Assembly (NCBI GenBank): GCA_964016885.1 | Contig: OZ024741.1 | Coordinates: 181,970,001 to 182,034,000, forward strand | Direction: 5' to 3' | DNA from: Eledone cirrhosa | Lineage: Eukaryota | Length of the DNA: 64,000 nucleotides | Part shown: piece after piece, positions 58,275 to 64,000 of the stretch | Position numbering within the stretch: the stretch's first letter is position 1 | How the letters are laid out: every line of letters starts with the position of its first letter | Position numbers and translations under genes: made by a program | The notes under the pieces: generated by a model | Databases searched by the model: none | What the model saw: only the letters and a program-made list of their open reading frames with translations | Told to the model about the DNA's origin: nothing

Positions 58275-58390
58275 ATATATATATTATATATATATTATAT
58301 ATATATTATATATATATATATATATATTATATACTTATATATATATATTATATATATATAATATATATATTATATATTATATATATATAT

Positions 58391-58472
<82 letters not shown>

Positions 58473-58590
58473 ATATATATATTATATATATATTATATAT
58501 ATATATATATATATATTATATACTTATATATATATTATATATATATATATATATTAGATATATATATATATTATATATATATATATATAT

Positions 58591-58623
<33 letters not shown>

Positions 58624-58829
58624 ATATATATATTATATATATATATTATATATATATATATATATTATATATATATATATATTATATATATATATTATAT
58701 ATATATATATATTATATATATATATTATATATATATATATATATAATATATATATATTATATATATATTATATATATATATTATATATATATTATATATA
58801 TATATTATATATATATATTATATATATAT

Positions 58830-58862
<33 letters not shown>

Positions 58863-59035
58863 ATATATATATTATATATATATATATATTATATTATATA
58901 TATATTATATTATATATATATATATTATATTATATATATATTATATTATATATATATATATTATATTATATATATATTATATTATATATATATATATTAT
59001 ATTATATATATATTATATATATATTATATATATAT

Positions 59036-59067
<32 letters not shown>

Positions 59068-59245
59068 ATATATTATATATATATATTATATATATATTAT
59101 ATATATATATATATTATATTATATATATATTATATATATTATATTATATATATATATATTATATTATATATATATTATATTATATATATATATTATATTA
59201 TATATATATTATATATATATATATATATTATATATATATATACAT

Positions 59246-59287
<42 letters not shown>

Positions 59288-59363
59288 TATATATATATAT
59301 ATATATATTTATATTATATATATATATATTATATATATATATTATATATATATATATATTATA

Positions 59364-59417
<54 letters not shown>

Positions 59418-59566
59418 TATATATATATATATTATATATATATATATATTATATATATATATATAATATATATTTATATTATATATATATATATAATATA
59501 TATTATATTATATATATATATATTATATATATATATTATATATATATTATATATATATATTTATAT

Positions 59567-59600
<34 letters not shown>

Positions 59601-59621
59601 ATATTATATATATATATTATA

Positions 59622-59668
<47 letters not shown>

Positions 59669-59755
59669 ATTATATATATATTATATATATATATTATATA
59701 TATATTATATATATATATATAATATATATATATTATATATATATATATAATATAT

Positions 59756-59826
<71 letters not shown>

Positions 59827-59887
59827 ATTATATATAATATATATATATATTATATATAATATATATATATATTATATATAATATATA

Positions 59888-59938
<51 letters not shown>

Positions 59939-60347
59939 ATTATATATAATATATATATATATTATATATAATATATATATATATTATATATAATATATAT
60001 ATATATTATATATAATATATATATATATTATATATAATATATATATATATTATATATAATATATATATATATTATATATAATATATATATATATATATAT
60101 TATATATAATATATATATATATTATATATATATATATAATATATATATATATATATTATATATAATATATATATATATATATTATATATAATATATATAT
60201 ATATATATATTATATATAATATATATATATATTATATATATATATATAATATATATATATATATATTATATATAATATATATATATATATATTATATATA
60301 ATATATATATATATATATATTATATATAATATATATATATATTATAT

Positions 60348-60411
<64 letters not shown>

Positions 60412-60562
60412 ATATAATATATATATATATATATTATATATAATATATATATATATATATTATATATATATTATATATAATATATATATATATATATTAT
60501 ATATATATATATAATATATATATATATATATTATATATAATATATATATATATATATTATAT

Positions 60563-60658
<96 letters not shown>

Positions 60659-60669
60659 ATATATATATA

Positions 60670-60715
<46 letters not shown>

Positions 60716-60805
60716 TATATATATATTATATATAATATATATATATATATTATATATAATATATATATATATATATATTATATATAATATATATATATAT
60801 TATAT

Positions 60806-60836
<31 letters not shown>

Positions 60837-60932
60837 TATATATAATATATATATATTATATATATATATATAATATATATATATATATATTATATATAAT
60901 ATATATATATATATATTATATATAATATATAT

Positions 60933-61007
60933 ACTCTTTTACTCTTTTACCTGTTTCAGCCATCCGGCTGAGGCCATGCTGGGGCACCGCCCTTGCTGCT
61001 ACACACT
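60933..61007 (-). mobile_element. CR1-type 3' UTR with (GTAAAAGA)2 tail
   Basis: Minus strand gccccagcatggcc..ctgaaacaggtaaaagagtaaaagag abuts (TA)n. Confidence 0.75.
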
Positions 61008-63980
61008 TTATCTCCAGCCTGTATAGGTTGGCCACTGGTGTAGGAGGGAGTTTGTTGCTGCTGCCCTTAGGTTTCCCTCGTGTCTTGCTGTGGGCTCATC
61101 CGGGATCCTGGATAACAAGGTGTCGAGATGTTTCTTAAAGACATCCACCTCCAAGTCATGCAAGTCTCGCAGATGCCTCGGCAGCCTGTTGAAGAGTTGA
61201 GGGCCCTTGAATCCCAGGCTATTGCAATACCTGCTCCTTATTCTAGATGTGGAAGACGGGACCTTTGGCACCACACAGTGACGTCCTGTTCGACGGTTGG
61301 TCCAGCTCCCAATGCCAAAGTTTGGTGCTAGTCCCTCCAGGATTTTCCACATGTAGATCACTGCGTATCTCTCCCGTCTTCGCTCCAAGGAGTAGAGGTT
61401 CAGTTCCTTCAGCCTCTCCCAGTAGCTTGTCTCCCTCATCTTGGCAATCCTCTTGGTGTAGCTTCGCTGGATTGCCTCAAGCTCTGTGGTTAGTTTGACA
61501 CTATGGGGTGACCACAGCTGGGAGCAGTAGTCCAGGCGGCTTAGGACAAAAGTCCTCCACAGTGTCAACATGGTGTCTCGATCTCTTGTAAGGAAAGTCC
61601 TCAAGATCCAGCCAGCGAATCGTCTACATGCTGTCGCCACCTTCATGATGTGTGAAGAAAAAGATGCATCATCGCTCATGTCTATGCCCAGGTCTCGTAT
61701 CGATTTTGACACGGGGATATCGGTCCCTCCTGGTCCTGTGTAGCTGTGTTCCGCTATATTTGTGTTTGTGTTTGCAGGTTTGTATTGTAGGGCTTGGAAT
61801 TTGCCAGCATTAAACTGCATGTTGTTTTCTTCCGCCCATCTGTATATGGCATCCAGATCCTGCTGTAAGAGGGCAGTGTCAGCCGGGTTTTTGATTGCCT
61901 GTGCTACCTTAGTGTCATCAGCATAGCTAGTGAGGGATGTTGTTGCATGCACCACAGAGGGCATGTCCGAGAGATCCACCAAAAACAGTAGTGGTCCCAG
62001 GACTGTCCCCTGAGGCACCCCACTTGTTATCGGTGTTTCCCTCGAGAGAGCCCCATTTGCTGCGACTGCCTGGCTTCTGTCCCTCAGGAAGCCATGCAGC
62101 CACTCACCTACTTTTCCAGTTATGCCGAGTCCGTGTAGTTTGTGACATATCATTCCGTGGTCGACCTTGTCAAAGGCCTTCGCAAAGTCAAGATATATCA
62201 CGTCTACATGTGAGCTGTCTAGTAGCTGTCTCAGTACCCAGTCGTAGTGATGTAGCAGCTGTGTAAGGCAGCTTCTTCCTGGGCGGAAGCCATGTTGCGT
62301 GCTAGTCAGGCGGTTATTTTCTTCGAGGAAAGTGATTAGTTTCTTTCTGACGACTCGCTCCATGACCTTACTGATATGCGACGTCAGGGAGACTGGCCTA
62401 TAGTTCTTGGCCTCCGCTCTACTACCTCCTTTATGGATAGGGCATATTGTGCCTTCTTTCAGCTCCCTGGGTAGTACACCGCTAGCCAAGGAGCTTCTGA
62501 AGAGCATCTTCAGTGGAGTTGCTAAGGCCCGCTTACATATTTTTAGGAGAACTGCTGGGAATCCATCAGGTCCAGCAGCCGAGTCTGTTCTAATTTCATC
62601 AATGGCGTACACCACATCCTCCTCCGTTATGTCTATGTGGTTGATGGTTGCCATTTCTTGATGTAGTGTTGTGGCATCAAAGAACTCCTCTGGCTTCGTT
62701 ATTTGCATGTGCCTCAGTGGACATGTGAAGACACTTTTGTACTGTTCATTCAGTATTTCACATATCTCTTGGGGATTTTCGGTTAATGAACCGTCCGTGT
62801 GGAAGAGTGGTCCAATCTTGCAGTGTACTGAGGCAGTTTCTTTTGCAAATTTAAAGAAGGCCTTAGGGTTTGTTTTAATGTTTTCTATGGCCCTGTTCTC
62901 TTTCCTTGCCCTCTCATTCTCATGTGAAAGCTTGAGTGCAATCTCGGTGTCAAGTAGTGCACGTTTCAAATAGGATTCCTTCTTGTTTTGGTTTTGTTGA
63001 CTATTCAACTGGTTTGAGAGTTTAGTTCTACGTCTCATAAGGATTTTCCTATCTCTGGGAATAAGATTTTTGTGTCTGTTTGCCTCTTTCTCCGGGACAC
63101 ACTTTTTGCATATGGTGTGTATCGTTGTCATGAAGTGTTGAAATTGTGTGTTAGTGTCTTGTGTGGCGATGTTTGCACTCCATGTTTGCTTCCGGATTTC
63201 ACTCTTAATCTTCTTCCAGTCAGCCCCGTAGAAGTTAAGGCTGGATAGCGTCCCGGAGCTTCTTGGTGGTTTTGTCTCTGTTGGTTCTCTTGGACCACAT
63301 ATCATTAGCTCTACCAAGTTATGATCCGAGAGAATTGTTGGTGTCACCTTTACATTGTGGATGAGCACTTCGTTGTTTGTAAAACAGAGGTCCAGGACAT
63401 TTTCGCCTCTTGTTGGGAGGAGTATTGCTTGCTCCATGAACAGCCTGTGTGTGAGGGCCAGCAGGGATTCCGTCTGTCTCTGTTCTATTGACGTCATTCC
63501 AGGGAGGAGGTGGCCCTCAGGCCATTTGACCTTTGGTAGGTTGAAGTCTCCCAGCAGTAGGATGTTGAGACCCTGGTCCAGTTTGTCAAGGACCTCTTCT
63601 ATCCTACTTAGGCTATCCTCAAATTTACCCTCATGACTGGGGGCATCGGGCGGCCAATATGTGACACATATTACCGTCTGTAGTTGCTTCATATGTATTA
63701 TCAGTGTGTCACAGACTGAGTTTGAATGTGTCAACAGAACAATTGGTGTGACATCTTCACGGATATACAGAGCAACCCCACCATGAGTTCTCTCCTTCCT
63801 GTCCGAACGAAATACAGTATATTTCGGTATATGTATTTCTGCATCTGCTATACTGCTTGTCAGGTGCGTTTCGGTTAGTGCCATGCATAGTGCTTGATTG
63901 CTTATGGCTAAGTCTCCCAGGTAGGAAATTTTACTCATGTTGCTGAGTTTCACCAGGCCCCTGACATTCAGCAGCAGCAC
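61008..63980 (-). CDS. CR1-like LINE ORF2 (APE endonuclease + reverse transcriptase), 990 aa, frame open to the window edge
   Basis: APE motifs NVRGL, LTETHL, GGVALY, GDFN, LDL, SDH; RT motifs NYRPVSL, QHGFR, LDFAKAFD, GVPQG, YADD. Confidence 0.93.
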   Translation of the reverse strand: MLLLNVRGLVKLSNMSKISYLGDLAISNQALCMALTETHLTSSIADAEIHIPKYTVFRSDRKERTHGGVALYIREDVTPIVLLTHSNSVCDTLIIHMKQLQTVICVTYWPPDAPSHEGKFEDSLSRIEEVLDKLDQGLNILLLGDFNLPKVKWPEGHLLPGMTSIEQRQTESLLALTHRLFMEQAILLPTRGENVLDLCFTNNEVLIHNVKVTPTILSDHNLVELMICGPREPTETKPPRSSGTLSSLNFYGADWKKIKSEIRKQTWSANIATQDTNTQFQHFMTTIHTICKKCVPEKEANRHKNLIPRDRKILMRRRTKLSNQLNSQQNQNKKESYLKRALLDTEIALKLSHENERARKENRAIENIKTNPKAFFKFAKETASVHCKIGPLFHTDGSLTENPQEICEILNEQYKSVFTCPLRHMQITKPEEFFDATTLHQEMATINHIDITEEDVVYAIDEIRTDSAAGPDGFPAVLLKICKRALATPLKMLFRSSLASGVLPRELKEGTICPIHKGGSRAEAKNYRPVSLTSHISKVMERVVRKKLITFLEENNRLTSTQHGFRPGRSCLTQLLHHYDWVLRQLLDSSHVDVIYLDFAKAFDKVDHGMICHKLHGLGITGKVGEWLHGFLRDRSQAVAANGALSRETPITSGVPQGTVLGPLLFLVDLSDMPSVVHATTSLTSYADDTKVAQAIKNPADTALLQQDLDAIYRWAEENNMQFNAGKFQALQYKPANTNTNIAEHSYTGPGGTDIPVSKSIRDLGIDMSDDASFSSHIMKVATACRRFAGWILRTFLTRDRDTMLTLWRTFVLSRLDYCSQLWSPHSVKLTTELEAIQRSYTKRIAKMRETSYWERLKELNLYSLERRRERYAVIYMWKILEGLAPNFGIGSWTNRRTGRHCVVPKVPSSTSRIRSRYCNSLGFKGPQLFNRLPRHLRDLHDLEVDVFKKHLDTLLSRIPDEPTARHEGNLRAAATNSLLHQWPTYTGWR

Positions 63981-64000
63981 TGGTGTGACTTTTGGGGTGC

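Noticed and set aside
61128-63636. Plus-strand ORFs overlapping the CR1 ORF2
   Set aside because: Antisense shadows of the real minus-strand ORF

Overview
AT-rich, microsatellite-dense eukaryotic DNA, inferred to be coleoid cephalopod (Octopus-like) from its SINE and LINE repertoire; not database-confirmed. Most of the window is retroelement and simple-repeat sequence: a decayed R4/Dong-type RLE LINE (about 17.9-22.0 kb), Tx1/L1-clade fragments (24.5-28.8 kb and elsewhere), RTE fragments with C-terminal C2H2 fingers, CRE-like fragments, a near-intact CR1-type ORF2 (61.0-64.0 kb, minus), non-autonomous Helitrons, about 20 tRNA-derived SINE copies, and a roughly 9 kb (TA)n array containing a 200-N gap. 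Two less obvious layers were found by eye. (1) More than a dozen type I hammerhead ribozyme motifs from sequence-unrelated families lie in Penelope/retrozyme-like inverted and tandem repeats, often next to (TA)n. They include a U3-A8 covariant core in a young 591-bp monomer and a family with a CAGAAGA core. (2) A chain of phase-compatible microexons forms a putative host gene on the minus strand (0-16.7 kb), with a weaker second chain on the plus strand. Most ORFs in the supplied track are microsatellite artefacts. All folds and exons were assigned manually and need computational or experimental confirmation.
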